Positions 1 through 13,530 of a stretch of 64,000 bases of DNA are shown here, piece after piece. The DNA comes from Rhina ancylostomus. Lineage: Eukaryota. The notes beneath the pieces were generated by a model. It was given only the letters and a program-made list of their open reading frames with translations. It had not been told where the DNA came from and did not search any database. Position numbers and translations under genes: made by a program. The DNA lies in the NCBI GenBank assembly GCA_030265395.1, contig JARFYF010000063.1, positions 41,507,348-41,571,347 on the forward strand, written 5' to 3'. Each line of letters opens with the position of its first letter. The first letter of the stretch is position 1.

Positions 1-3000
1 AAATTGAAAGGTACATATATCTGGGTTAGTGTGATGCTGTTCCAATCAGCAGATTATGAATAGACCTAAATAATATCTGAGCAGATTACCTAGTTCACCA
101 CTTGTCCAGAGTGAATCCAGACAATTTCTTTTGTTAAGCTGGGAAACTTAGTCAGTGTATATTAATTGGGATCGTATGCCAATCATAATGGTAATTCAGT
201 GGTGGGTCTACTGTTCAATGGAAGAAAAAGCAGAGGTCTTAACAGGTAACAGCTTGTGTGTGGGTCTAGACAAAACCAATGTTCTTCTATGAGTATTGCA
301 TGGAAAGTCTGCTAAACTTAGCACTGCTGTGCAGCAGAACATGAGAGAGAAAAATATAATTACCACTTTGCCTTCTGACCAAGGCTTTATGGAAATGTAG
401 AGTTTAGGCTACAAAATTAAAGCAAGCAAAATGGTGGATTTACACTGGATCAGTGAAAAAGACCAAAACTTTTGCTGGGTGTGAGGCATTTTCACTGGCA
501 TCTCCAGTTAATCACTTGAGTGGCTACTCATCATGCACATTATTTAAGAAGTAAGTAAAGTGTTAACAGTTTATTCAAGAATGGAGGAAGGCGAAACCAA
601 GCACTATTCTCACATGAGGATGACATTACTGCTAGTTCAGCGGGGTTCACTGAATTGTAATCTGTAGTGAAAAATCTGACTGAGATCTTCTCCTAACTTC
701 GGTCTCTGAGGCCATTTACAAATCCCTACAGTTAGTCCTGTTTGAGATCAGCTAAATCAACTTGCACTGCGACTCAGCCTGAAAGTTTTCCAATGGGATA
801 AAATTTTCCTTTTGTAGTTTGCCTTTTGATGGATCATACCAACAAGGAAGTGGTTTTACCAACTGGATTTATGGCAGAAAATGAAATTGGCTGCCTGGAG
901 GAAGACAAACCAGTGGCTGCTCTGTGCTTTCTTTTTTACCACACTTAAAACATAGCCATTAAACAACTAATGAGGAAACTCAGAATGAGTGACACGGCAG
1001 CTGGTGACATATTCTGGATGTCGTGCATCTGGCTTATTTATTGCTGCTAATTAATCTCAGTCTGTTTTTGCAAAAAGGCAGGCATACAGCCCACGAGGTA
1101 TTGACTAACTAAGTGTTCATAGCTCTAGGTATCCTCAAAGAGAATAATTATTTCAAAAATATTTCAAACCTTTATTCATCTGATGTAAGCTCTCTTAATA
1201 CATTATTTTGCTGCAATTTCATCCTTGTTACAATCCCTACTTACCACAAGAAGTCAATATCTTTGTTTTTATGTGACACTGAATTCTACCAAAATAAAAA
1301 AATTAATATACTCTTGAAACCGCATAGCTAAGCTTACAAGTATTTATATTTTACTTATTTAAATCAACTTTTTAAGTTGTTAGCCTCTGTTAACTACTAA
1401 TCCACATCATCCACTATACTGTAGAAAAGCAAGTATAGTTAAATTATGTCCAGCGTTAAGACCTCTCCATGATTTTATGTATGCAGAACTACAAATATTT
1501 TTACAAACAAGCCCATTCAGCAATGTACATTTCAATGTTCTTTTTTACTTTTGCTCAGCTGAAGTTAAATCTTGCTTTGGGGTAACTCTCCTAAAGGCAA
1601 GTAGGCCTAACTTGCAATATGGTTTAACTATTTGCTTTTAGATTTAAGGAGTGATTATTGAAGACTTATTATATTAACCTGTGACCTTACACTATTGAAT
1701 GAGATTTTGTACACTCTGATTTATATTAAAATTCCTGATGAAATGACATGTGATTCTCGTGTTGCTGTTTCCCCACATGTTTCTAATATCTTACTATTTA
1801 GCACTGCTATTAGTAAAGCATTTCAGTTCAGCATTAATGGGAAACTCAGAATCTGGTGGTGTGCTTCTAATCTTTAGTATTCATTTACAATAATATCAAA
1901 GCATGCAGCAGATGCAAAAAATGAAACTTGCAACTGATTTTATGAAAATGCAGTGAAGGGTTTCCCCTGACAGAACCACCCTCGTACACATCTGCACACC
2001 ATTAGTAATACTGCAGATATACTATATTCTCACATCCTTCTTTCATTCCCACAGTTTTCAGACCAGATGTTGACTGGAGGTTTGGGACTAAGTTGATCAG
2101 AGCAGTGTGCTTTTTGTCTAAAGCCATGCAATGGGTAATGCCAAAAGTCATTGTTCATCCAGAGTTAGAGGCATCACTGTGATTATATACCTTTGCTGAT
2201 CACTGTCAGGTTTAATGATATTTCCCTTTTTAAACTGAATGGTTTACAATGTGATGGGATTGTTTTTTATGAACAATGGAAAAAAATTTGGAATACATTT
2301 TTCCTGGGAGTAAATCGGGAATAGAGAGGAGACAGTAGGAAGATGTCCAAACAATTTCAGAACTACATGGTGAGAAGATATTTAAGTGTATAAAGTCGAG
2401 GTTGGATGAAGCATTGAGCGTACAGTTGTGGTGAGCAAGTGAGGCCCCAAAGCAATTTACAAAATATGTAATTGAAGAACATACTGATGGAGGCGTTTCC
2501 ACAGGACCAACAGAAGTATAGATGCAGGCAGTAAAAACAAGGTGATGAAGACCACCATAAGATCATGAATCAATGGAGGTGGAGTTTAATCTTGAAGCCC
2601 AATATTCTTATTTACTTAGTTACATATTATGACACAGAAGGAGGCCACTCCATCCAGTAATTAATCAATCCAATTCCTTCTACTTATTTTCCCGCAGGTT
2701 AACATTGTTAAACTCTCTCACCCAGGGACATGGCTAAATGGACCAGTGGAAGCAGTTGGTGAGTCACAGGCAAAACTGTGATGAGTTAATGGCTGTATTT
2801 GGATCAAAGTTATTTTTACATTTAAATAACCAAGTTACAGAAAAGAGAGAGCAGCTGAGCCCTACATCCAGTGTAATCCAGTGCAGAAACAATATCTGAA
2901 TGTTCAGAGAATGTCAGGAATTTGGAAGACAAATTTAAGAATAGGTCTGCAGCTCACTTATAACTTGCTGTGAATGATGTTGAGTAAAGTTAAAGAAGAC

Positions 3001-3139
3001 AGGCCTTACAGTATAGAGTGGGGCAGTGTAGTTATGATATCAGAGGAATCCAGTTCAGAAATCAAAGTTGTGGTTGTTGAAAAGTGCACAGGGAGAACAA
3101 AGAGGGGCAGGATCAAAGAACAGCCAATGACTGTCCTTT

Positions 3140-3620
3140 CCCATTCAGCATTCTGAAGGGACTATTTCCTTCTCGACTCCCCTGGTCTACTCTTCCTTCT
3201 CCCCTGACCACTTCTCTTTTGAAAGTGCTTTCTCATGTAACCACAGGAGATGCACACCTGCTCTTTTACCTCATACCTTCCCAACATCCAGGGACCCAAA
3301 CTGTCCTTCCAGCTAAAGCTGCAATTCATCTGTACTTTTTCAAATCTTGTGTATTATTTTTGGTGCTCATATTGTGGTCTCCTCTGTGTTGGAGGAAACC
3401 ATCACAGATTGGTACTGCTTTGTAGAGCACCTTTGTTCAGTTCTGAGGTGTGATTCTGAACTTCCAGGTTCCTGACCCACTCCTACACTAACCTATTTAT
3501 CTTTGGCTGCTTGCACCATTTCAATGAGACTTAATGTAAGCTTGAGGAACAGCACCTCATCTTCCTTCTGGGTACATTGCAGCCTTCAGTATTCAATATC
3601 AAATTTAACAAGTTCATGAA
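3140..3620 (+). mobile_element. Penelope-like element, GIY-YIG endonuclease C-terminal relic
   Basis: Translates with frameshifts to TCSFTSYLPNIQGPKLSFQ..FICTFSNLVYYFWCSYCGLLCVG..RL and KLEEQHLIFLLGTLQPSVFNIKFN, matching the shark Penelope GIY-YIG end (NLVYCIRCS.CGLLYIGET...KLEEQHLIFRLGTLQP). Confidence 0.85.
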
Positions 3621-3929
3621 ACTTGCCTCCTCTGCTTGTATCAGAACTAACTGTCCAATTCTTGCTACAAGGTAATCCTTTTGTAATATGAACTCAGTTT
3701 TTTCTCTTTCCACTTACATTGCCTCATCTGTGGATATCACCAACATTCTTTTGGTTTCAGTTCTCTGCACCAGATCTGAACTGCCTTTCACAGCTTTTAC
3801 ATATTATAGAGTCACAAAGTCATTCAACACAGAAACAGATACTTTGGCCTATTGTGCCCATGCCGACTATCATAAAAGGTGGCCCTTTGTTCCCTGGACA
3901 TTGGAGATATTGAAGGGATCTGCCAAAGG

Positions 3930-4780
3930 ACATATAGTCATACGGTACAGATACAGGTCCTTTGACCCATTGTGTCAATGCCAACCAGTGAATACCTATC
4001 TACACTGATCTCATTTACCAGTATTTGGTCAGTAGTCATCCATGCCTTGGTAATTCAAGTGCTCATCTGAATATTTCATCAACTGTTGTGAGAGTATCTT
4101 CTTCCATCACGCACTCCGGCAGTGGTTTCTAGATTTTAAGTGAATTACTGTGAAGAACAAAATCTTCCTCAGAAACTCTCTAAATCTCTTTCCTCTCACC
4201 CTAAAACTATGTTCTCTGGTTTGTGACACTTCTGATTTGGGGAAAAGTTTCCTACTACCTTCCCTGACAGTGCCACTCCTAGTTTTGTACACCTCAATCA
4301 GGTCCGCCTTCTGCCTTTGGAAGAACAGTTATGTTCCTCCAAAGTTGTGTTGACCAGAACTGTACACAGTACTCCAACTGTGAACTAACAATTGTTATAT
4401 AATGCTGTAGCATAACCTGTATCATACCATAAACTTCCTACTCTTATACTCTATGTCCCAGTTAATAAAGGCTAGTATCCCATGTGTCTTCACCTCTTTA
4501 TCTACCTGTACTGCCACCTTCAGGGATTCTTGGATTTGTCTGCCACAATTCCTCTTTTCCTCTTTTCCTCAGTACTCCCTAAGGGCCTCACATTATTTAT
4601 GTCCTACCCTTATTGGTTCTCCCAAAGTGCATCACCTTGCGCTTGTGAAGATTAAATTTCATCTGTCATTGCTCTGCCTATTTTACCAACTGCCATTTTA
4701 TCTCCTTGTAGCCTAAGACTATCCTCCTCACAATCATCAACACTACTAATTTTCATGTCATCTGTAAACTTACTGATATG
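3930..4780 (-). mobile_element. CR1 LINE 3' fragment (RT C-terminus plus 3' tail), nested in the Penelope relic
   Basis: Minus strand gives DLIEVYK..KLFP..TREHSFRVRGKRF (ORF 4107-4292), typical of the CR1 RT end. The tail lies near 3930, and a second short CR1 tail sits at about 3805-3870. Confidence 0.85.
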
Positions 4781-5045
4781 TCCCTTGTTTACTTCCTTGC
4801 CCTAACTTCCCTCATTCATCCACCTAACAGATGGCTTTGTAATCAGTGTTTAACCATGGCAAACCTGGCCTCACCTTATCAGAGACATTCCCTTTGTCCT
4901 ATCCATCTGTCCCTTACCATCTATGCAACTTAAAACTAAATTGTTTTCTCACTTTTCCATTTCTGACAGATGGACTTATTTCTCTTTCCACAGATGCTAC
5001 TTGACTTGCTGAGTGATTCCTACATTTTCCATTTTTATTTTGAAA
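4780..5045 (+). mobile_element. Penelope-like element 3' UTR / pLTR remnant
   Basis: Pyrimidine-rich tract followed by TCTCTTTCCACAGATGCTACTTGACTTGCTGAGT, the pLTR motif repeated many times in this window. Confidence 0.7.
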
Positions 5046-5589
5046 TGAAAGTATATATGGATGGATTTATCAATAATTTAGACCTTTAGACATGTTGATG
5101 GATGTTTATGGGTGCTGGATTCCAGCTGACTAAAGGTAAAAGACAATTGAGTTGAAGTAAAAGTTTGATATCCAATAAAAGATTGCCATTGTTTCTGTTC
5201 ATGTGTAATAGAAAGTAGTCACACTGCGGCTACAATCATTCCCATCTGCAGAGAAAACTTCATGCAGTAGAATTTTTTTGATGGTGCAAGAAAATGGACA
5301 TAAGTAGCTGTGTTATACATCCCAGTCAATTTTCCTTCCAGCAATCTTTAAATTTCCATCCTTTTGCTCATTAAGAGGCAGTAGCATATTGTAAATGGAA
5401 AGTGATGCTGTTGGTCATCTCTTGCATTGACTGAATTTTCTGAAAAATCTCAGCAGTGCTCTTTTCAATTCAGCCAAAATAGAAGTGCTACATTGTATGT
5501 CAAAGTACTATTATCTCCATTTAGATTGATGAAATCATGAAATCAGCAGAATAACATAATTGTGAGAGTCATACCTTGCAGAAAAGAAA

Positions 5590-6240
5590 ATGTTTTGATT
5601 GTTGGAACTCAATCATCTCAAGTCCCAGATATCATCATGGGAGTTCTTCAGGGCAGAGGCAGCCCAACCAATTTCACCTTCTACAAAGACCTTCCTTTCA
5701 TCTTAAGAAGCGTGGATCTTCTCTAACAATTGCATAAAGTTCTGTTTCATTGACAACTCCTCAGTAAATAAAGCAGTCCATGGCTGCATGCAGCAAAACC
5801 TAGACAGCATTTGATTGTGACTGATAAGTAACATTTCTGCATAAAACTACAAGGCAATGACCATCTCTAATAAGAGAATGGCTCACCTATCCTTGATGTT
5901 CAAAGGCATTAGCATTATCAGTTTACATTGCAGTTACTCACCAAGACTGCTTAGACAGCACCTCATAAATAAAGACATGAACAGCAGGTGCATGGCAATA
6001 CCACCACCTGAAAATTCCTATACAAGTCACACAACAACCTGACTCGGAAATATGTTTGTGTTTCTTCATCTTCACGAGAACTAAATCCTGGATTCCTTAC
6101 CGAAAAGCATTGTGGAAATTTCTTCATCAGAAGGATTTCAGCAGTTCAAGAGGCAGCATGTCACCATCTTTTCAAGAGTCAATAGGGATAAGCAATTAAT
6201 GCTGGCCAGTAATAACCACATCCCAAAAATGAATAAAAGA
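5590..6240 (+). mobile_element. CR1/L2-group (Zenon/Crack-like) LINE RT and 3' end relic
   Basis: GVLQG, DLPFI, AVHGCMQQNLDSI and AMTISNKR..HLSLMFKGI motifs; internally deleted; ends near AATGAATAAAA. Confidence 0.75.
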
Positions 6241-6559
6241 ATCGTTTTTTTAATAAAAGAGTTCCACTACATTATAATTCATTATTGATTTCTTGCATTG
6301 TAGATTGGTTTAGAAAAAAAAGAAATTTTTTGTAATATTCTACTTCATTCACTAACCATCTGTATATTAGCCTAAAGGGAGGAATTTATGAGTCTTTGTT
6401 TCTGGTATGATGTTTCAAAAGACTGAAGTAGGTTTGACTTTATGTAGCATTATGACCCTACTTCAAATGTATTTTCCCATTTATTGAAGATCCATGCCGA
6501 GAACCTTGGCTTGTAAAATAACTAATATTTTCTTGAATTTGCTTTGACAGACTCTTCTT

Positions 6560-6890
6560 GCCTCACAGTGGCTGCTGCCTCACAGCTCCAGTACCTAGGT
6601 TCAATGCTAATCTTGGGTGCTGCCTGTGTGGAGTTTGCACTTTCTCCCTATGAGGGCATGGGTTTCCGCTGGGTGCTTGGGTTTCCTCCTGCCTTCCAAA
6701 GATGTGCAGGTTGGTAGTTTGATTGGCCAATGCAAGTTGTCTTGGCATGTACATGAATGGTAGAATCTGATAGGAATGTGGGAGTTTAAAAATAGAATTT
6801 GTGTGGGATTACTATGAAAGGGTACTCAATAGACAGCCTGGACTTGGTGGGCTGAGAGTTTGGCTTCCATGCTGTATGACTATAACTCAT
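6560..6890 (+). mobile_element. HE1-type V-SINE (tRNA head, V-domain, CR1 tail)
   Basis: GCTGCCTCACAGCTCCAG..GGTTCAAT head, V-domain TGTGTGGAGTTTGCACTTTCTCC..GGGTTTCC..GGTTTCCTCC..CCAAAGATGTGCAGGTT, and CR1-like tail GGGCTGA..TGCTGTATGACT. Confidence 0.85.
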
Positions 6891-7099
6891 TGGGTAAATA
6901 AATATCTGAATGGATATTGTCTTTGTGATGAACTTCTTAATTATTCTTAGAGTTGGTCTCATACTTTTACCTTGTTGTATTTTGTTCCAATTGTAAGTTA
7001 ATTGAACCAAACTTCAAGAGGTCAGGAGAACTGGCAGTAAGTATGCTCCCAAACATTTTGTGATAGTGACTAAAGGTGAATTTTTATTCCAGCATTCCC

Positions 7100-7600
7100 A
7101 ATGTAGTGTGAGTCACAGAAAAGTAGGTCACTTGGCCCATTGTCTTTATCATCTCTCTGCAAGAGCAATCCAATCTGTCACGCCCTCTTGCCCTCTCTCC
7201 ATATCCTGCAAATCCTTTCCTTTCCGAAACTCATCAAACCCGCTTTTAAATGTTGCAAATGAATCTCTTTGTTACTATCCCTGACAGTGCATTCCAGTCT
7301 GTGTGATTTTTTTCCCTCACATCTGTTTTGTTCTTTTGCCAATGACCTTCATTGTTGTCTTTATTTTTTGACTCCTCCATCGATGGGAAGAGTTTCTCCC
7401 TATCTTTCTCTATATCTTTCATGATTTTAAATACCTCTATCAGATTTCCTTATGATCTTCTCTATTTCAAGGAGAATAAACCCCAGCTTCTCCAGTCTCT
7501 ACATAACTGAAGTCTCTCATCCCTGGAATAATTTAAGTAAATCTCTTCTGCACACTTCATAAAGCTTTTACATCTTTCCTAAAGTGTCATGCCACAACTA
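7100..7600 (-). mobile_element. CR1 LINE 3' fragment
   Basis: ATGATTTTAAATACCTCTATCAGATTTCC..CAAGGAGAATAAACCCCAGCTTCTCCAGTCT is the reverse of RLEKLGFI.L..GNLIEVFKIM. Confidence 0.8.
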
Positions 7601-10600
7601 GCCATGACATCAATATGTTTATTTTATTGTTCTCTCTGAATCCTGAACTCCAAAAGCTCATTCTCACAAAGATGGATAGACAAAGCTAGGATCTGCTGGT
7701 AAATTCAGACCCCTCAGAAATGTTGGAAGCTGCATATTTCAAAATTTTATGAAATAATAATGCAAACTTGACAGTATACTTATTAATGAGCAGAAATTAC
7801 ACCTAAAGAATATCGTGCCTTTCATAACAGGTAATATAGCTTTAGGCTATTAGCTATTGCTTGCAAGAACACCTGTGACCCATTTAAGCTTGATACATTT
7901 AATGGAAGCTTATATTTCATCTCTCATTAAGTTAAATGCTGTGTTTGGCATCTGTTTTCAATGGAAAATTGAGAAGGCATTGAATTAACTTATAGCTATG
8001 TCTGAACTATAACTGAGTTATGTCTTTAAACGATTCATAGTTGTGGTTCATCCTTGCCATCTGATTGGACTTCACACTATGGACCTTAGTTTTATTCACT
8101 CCAGATCCCCAACTAATTTTATTCCTAATTTTGATAAATTACATATTTTTAAAATATAAAATGTAATTTGTGTATTCCCTTTACACTTTGGCCCTTCAGG
8201 ATAATAGCAACATGCACAAGAGAACAAAGAAGATCATATTTGATTAAGTCCCTTTTGACAGGAGAGATGTGAAGCCTACACATTGTGACTCTGGTAATCT
8301 AACCTGTCCTGTTGGACACTATGCCAGGAATCACTTATGCAGTTAACCTGCAGAGACCATGTCACTGCTATTCCATTACTTCTTAGTAATGTCTCTAATT
8401 GCACAGCGCTGATTGAATATTCTTTATTGCAGCTAAATTCTTGATACCTATTCCTGGCCGCTGAGACAAAATTCTCAAGATTGTAAAATTGCCCCATTAA
8501 TTTTATCTGGGTTTCTATACTTAAGCATGCTAATAAATCACATTTTTATTGTTAGTATCAAATGCCTGCCAACTTGCACTTCATGGCAGGTTTTGCAGTT
8601 TGTTTACCAATATTTCAGACATATTTTAAAAAAGACCACATTTCACAATTCACTGCTAGCTTTCATTTGCACAAATTTCTGACAATTAGTTTCCAACAGC
8701 ATGTCACAAACCTATCACAGATTTTTTAAAAATGTAGTTGACAATCAGATTGTTGGCAGATGAAGGGAGTGCCAGTTGACAGGGAATGCAAAATATAATA
8801 GTTCAGAGAACTTTCTCTTCTGAAGGGAGACAACTACTTGCTGCTGTTTGTAATTGTATTATCCCAACCATGAACTTTCAAGAGGGCGCTTACAGATTGC
8901 AGTGCTAAAATAAGTAACAACATGCCTTAGTTCTTTGGAGGCATTTACAATTAATTAAATATGTCTGAGCATTAAACATAAGAGCTTGGGGAAAACTAAA
9001 AACAAAAGGATAGGAATATAATTAGTGGTACTAACAGCTCTTTAACACGGGATTCAGCAAAAAACAAAAGTACCATTAATATAACGTTACTTGAGTCTTC
9101 AACATGGTTGCCTGCAGTAGCACCTGTGTAAGTTAGAACGAACTGCAGCTATTACTGTTGATTTCCTTTGTCTTGATTCATTGCTAGTTATTAGTTAATA
9201 GAGAGGAATTAAATTATGAATTCATGGACTATGAAGATGGGATCACTAATTATACAGAAAGAGTTATTTCTTGATCTGGTTAAAATTAAAGAAAGCACAG
9301 ATGATTTTGTTTTCAATTTGAACAAGAAGGTACTTGCTGGTTAAACCAGCAAAGCAATCTCCATTGCCAAGAAGCATGTGAGAATCAAACAAATAACCAG
9401 AATTACTGAAGTAGTTGTATCTGAATATGGTTTGATTTGTTAGTGTAGTTGAGGCTGGAAGTCCTTACACTTATTGGTCACTGGCAACTACTTTATTCCG
9501 TCAATTTTCAAATAATTGTTTAATTTTGTAATGCTTTTTGAACAGACCATTACTCTTGGATTTAGTGCCAAACAGACAAACAGACTTGCTGATTTGGTCT
9601 GCTTCAAACTAGAGTTCTTCCCTCTGCTGCACTACTGAAATATCACTAAATTTCCAACCGCCAATTTAAAAGGAAAGCCCTGAAGCAAAACCATCAAAGT
9701 TGCTGGTGCTTAAAGTGAAGCTGCAAATTTCTACCAGGAAAGTAGGAACTGGTGAGCTAAATCTGGATTAGTACCAACAGCAAAGCTTCACCATGAAGGA
9801 TGAGGTGGAATCCACTTCCAAGCGGCATGGCTGCTTGAAAAATTAGTTAACACACTACGGTTGTTGAAATGTACATTTGATTAAAAAATCTATGACTTGC
9901 CTTTTGATAACCTGGTCTAAGATTTACAAGTTTTCTGTCTGCCTGGTAATTATCAGGGTTAAATCTGTGACACATTTGTCCTCTGTACATTTTTTCTGTG
10001 TGTACCATATTATTCTGCAGCTAAATATAAAAATTTTAATTGAGGAACTTGTTAAAAATAGATAAACCAATAAAGAATCCTTCCAAACTACCCTGTGAGA
10101 AACAGCCAAACCTCAAAATAAGTCTTGTTAACCAAGTAGCCAATTAGAAACAGATAAACCACCATAGATTTCCTAAACAAAGGACTTAGGGCAATATTTT
10201 CCATCACTTGTTAATTTTAGTAAAATGCTGGCATGAGAGTAAACAAAACAAATCAAGTAGCAAACTTCCAGTCCTCATGGTTATTTTTATTATGCAGTTT
10301 ATATGTTAATGTGCAATATGGAACTGTTTACCTGGCATATTAATGAAGTTTAATTGCTCAAAATTCTAAGCTTGATGAGCAAATATTTGCTACTGGTTAA
10401 GAAGGAAGGTTTGAAGACAAAAGGAGCTTTCAGAAAATAACAAGATTTAATTCTTATTTTTTATAATTCTGTTGACAGTGAAATATGTGAAGTATTGTGA
10501 TGAATGTCTTAAAATTAATGGGCCTATTCTTGCACCTACCCTTATAAATGCAAGCAAGATTGAGACCTTGACACATGTATATCCAAACATGAAAGTCCTG

Positions 10601-11289
10601 ACTTAGCTGAGACTCCAGTTGTCAAAGTTGTCACTGCAGTCCACAGCTAGACTCTGCATTGCAATGGGAGAGCATGCTCTTGCTGACATTCCCCAGCCCT
10701 CTTGCTGGAAATTCAGCTCATAGATCCTGTACCAGATTGGATTTAGTGCAGAATCTGAAGGACCATTAATTTCAAGAAGAAAGTAAGAATTAGGTAAGTT
10801 TCAATTTGTTAATCATTTGTGTTTGCAATAGTTTTTAATTACTTGAAAGTTTTTAAATGTTTCAGGTGAATCTTTTGGTAATCTAAAGGCATTTTAATTT
10901 TTTATTTATTGTTACTTATTTTTGAAGACTTTTGAATAAAAAGAACATTTAGAAACATCAAAAATATCTCAGCTGCTTTGTTGGTAGAGCTTGTGCTCAA
11001 CCATGTGTTGACAGGGCCCAACCATGTGACATTGCACAAGCCTATGGAACATCATATCTGGGAAACTACCAGCAAGCAGCTTCACCCTCAAAGATCTGAA
11101 CTAGGTAAACATTCAACAATGGGGAATATGAGTGCCAGTGACAGGTCATATTCAGCAAAATGTAAACCAATAAAATCATAAATTAATTCAAATGACACCA
11201 AAGTTTACTTTCTTCCAAATATCTTAGTACAGTCATTAGTTTATAATTTATAAATTTAAACAATTTTCTTTTATTTAAAAAAAATGTTA

Positions 11290-11522
11290 TTTACAGTGTG
11301 GTAACAGGCCCTTTCAACCCAACAAGTCCGCACTGCCCATTTTAAACCCATGTTAACCTACCTATACGTCTTTGAAATGTGGGAGGAAACTGGAGCACCC
11401 GGAGGAAACCCACGCAGACACTGGAGAACGTATAAACTCCTTACAGACAGCGATGGGAATCAATCCCCGATCGCTGGCGCTGTAATAGCATTACACTAAC
11501 TGCTACACTACCATGCTGCCCC
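11290..11522 (-). mobile_element. V-SINE (HE1-like), relatively young copy
   Basis: TGTGGGAGGAAACTGGAGCACCCGGAGGAAACCCACGCAGACACTGGAGAACGTATAAACTCC is the reverse V-domain; the tRNA-like head ends at CCATGCTGCCCC; CpGs are retained. Confidence 0.9.
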
Positions 11523-11771
11523 ACAAGATTTATANNNNNNNNNNNNNNNNNNNNNNNNNNNNNNNNNNNNNNNNNNNNNNNNNNNNNNNNNNNNNNNNNN
11601 NNNNNNNNNNNNNNNNNNNNNNNNNNNNNNNNNNTTAAGAGTTTGAATAAAGCTAAGTAAAAATTTCATCAGTTGTCAGTAATGTGTGAATTAAGTAGAA
11701 TTGGATTGAAGAACATTTAAAACAATGGAACCAAAACAAAAGAAAATGAATTCAAGCCTGGGGCAAAGGAG

Positions 11772-11848
11772 TATAAGGAAAGGAAAATGACATAACTGAA
11801 CCACAATGAAGAATTGTGGTTCAGTTGTCTTATTTCCCTTTCCTTATA
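11772..11848. repeat. Near-perfect 36-bp inverted repeat with 5-nt loop
   Basis: TATAAGGAAAGGAAAATGACATAACTGAACCACAAT-GAAGA-ATTGTGGTTCAGTTGTCTTATTTCCCTTTCCTTATA. Confidence 0.9.
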
Positions 11849-12669
11849 GTTAAAATCTAGATTTTAAAAATCTTCAGATAAATCACACAAATTATACAGT
11901 TGTCACTCATCAAAAATGATCGCAGTAGAATATCAGTGTAGTTTGCAAGATGTGTTCCCACTCCTTGGGCTAAAGGTTGTGAGCTGTAATTGAATTGAGG
12001 AGAGAACACTGAGGAACAACAAGACCATAGTTCTGATCTCGTCTGTATGACAAAAGTGGTAGGATTGTTGCAGGTGACTATACAGATCCTTCAGAACAAA
12101 TCTTCTAAGTGCTAGCGGAAGGTTTTCGCTCAGCATTTTACGAAGTCACTTAACTGACACAGTTGAGTTATTATTGCATTTGCAGTGAATGCACTGGAAG
12201 GATCCAGATTATTTTAGAGAACACCAAATACACAGAGAATAAAGCTTTTTCCTTCTCTTGTGGGAAAACAACTAGCAGATGGACAACACTGCAGCATTTC
12301 AAAATGCTTAAAACCATTGCATATGTGTAAAATGTGTAAACTAGATCTAATTATTTGCTGGGACAAGTTTGCCATTTGTTCTAAAATTTTACAAAATGTC
12401 AACACAAAAGATTAGCAATTTATCCCCCCATTTCAAGCAGACTCACTCACAGCAGCTTCCCTGGGTTTGCTCTCTGTTAAGAAGGAAGGGGAAGTTATTA
12501 TATTAGAGTGATCCCAGGTATGAGTTGCTTTATTGGGAAGGTTTCTTTTGTCTCATTATGTTTCTAACCTTTTATTGAGCTTCCCATTTCACGTAACAAA
12601 GGATTTTTAAAAAGTACACATAGACAGAAAATCTCATCAAGATGGCCAAATGGTCAAGAAACAAAGTAG

Positions 12670-12810
12670 TGCAGGCCGTAGCTTTCCTATGTTTCTCGTA
12701 GTTTTTCTATGTTTCTATAGCAGAGTAATTTCTAGGGTAGGGACATGTTCAGCACAGCTTTGTGGGACGAAAGGCCTGAATTGTGCCGTACTTTTTCTAT
12801 GTTTCTATGG
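12670..12810 (+). mobile_element. 5'-truncated CR1 3' tail with repeated TTCTATGTTTCT units
   Basis: GGACATGTTCAGCACAGCTTTGTGGGACGAAAGGCCTG..TTTCTATGTTTCTATG, preceded by two more copies of the tail repeat. Confidence 0.7.
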
Positions 12811-13449
12811 GTAGCTTAATACCAGCAATCTCAATCCAAACAGTTCTGCTACAAAGACAACAAAACTCCTGCAGAAAGGACAGTCAATTTAAAACAAAAT
12901 CCATGATACTACCTCAGTATTCCAATTTGCACAAAGGTATTATTTTCAATCCAATCTTCTCAGCTACTCAGTATACTTAAAGGTGTCCATTACTCTCTAA
13001 CTAGCCAATTGGCAGCATTTACTCAACACTGGAACTTCCAGTGAATAGTGGAACCTGGAAGAACCATTTTAATTATGCAAATCCATTATTGCAAAGGCAT
13101 TTAAACACTTTAGTTTCATATAATGGCTAACATTTGTGTCCAAATCCCATGTGAATTTGAAGTGGTGGCAGAGGAGGTGCTGGGATGGAGGGGTTGGGTG
13201 GTTTTATGGTAGCCAGTTTTATTAATCAGTTTTGTTAAATTTAAAGCATGAGCAGGGAACTCTTGAATGGTCTTCCCTTGACCAGGCCCAACTCCAGCAG
13301 CACCTCAGCCTCATTTGCCTTGCAAATACAAGGACAAAACACAGTGACATCTGCCAATCCAATATGGGAAAGCGTCGAGCAATGGCTCGGCACAAGAACT
13401 CATTAACTCACTGTGAGAATGAATCTGACCCCAAGAGTACCAAGGCAAA

Positions 13450-13530
13450 ATAGAAAGCAAGATATGCTGGCAATATTCAAAAGGTCAAACAGCATCTGTG
13501 GAGGGAATAACAATTTCAAAGGCTTGACTC
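13450..13530 (-). mobile_element. Penelope pLTR fragment
   Basis: ATGCTGGCAATATTCAAAAGGTCAAACAGCATCTGTGGAGGGAA is the reverse of the pLTR motif. Confidence 0.55.

Noticed and set aside
8875-8892. CTCF-like AGAGGGCGC
   Set aside because: The 5' half lacks the CC..C core; one partial match is expected by chance.
13027-13043. CACTGGAA-C-TTCCAGTG palindrome
   Set aside because: An 8-bp arm is near chance expectation in 64 kb.
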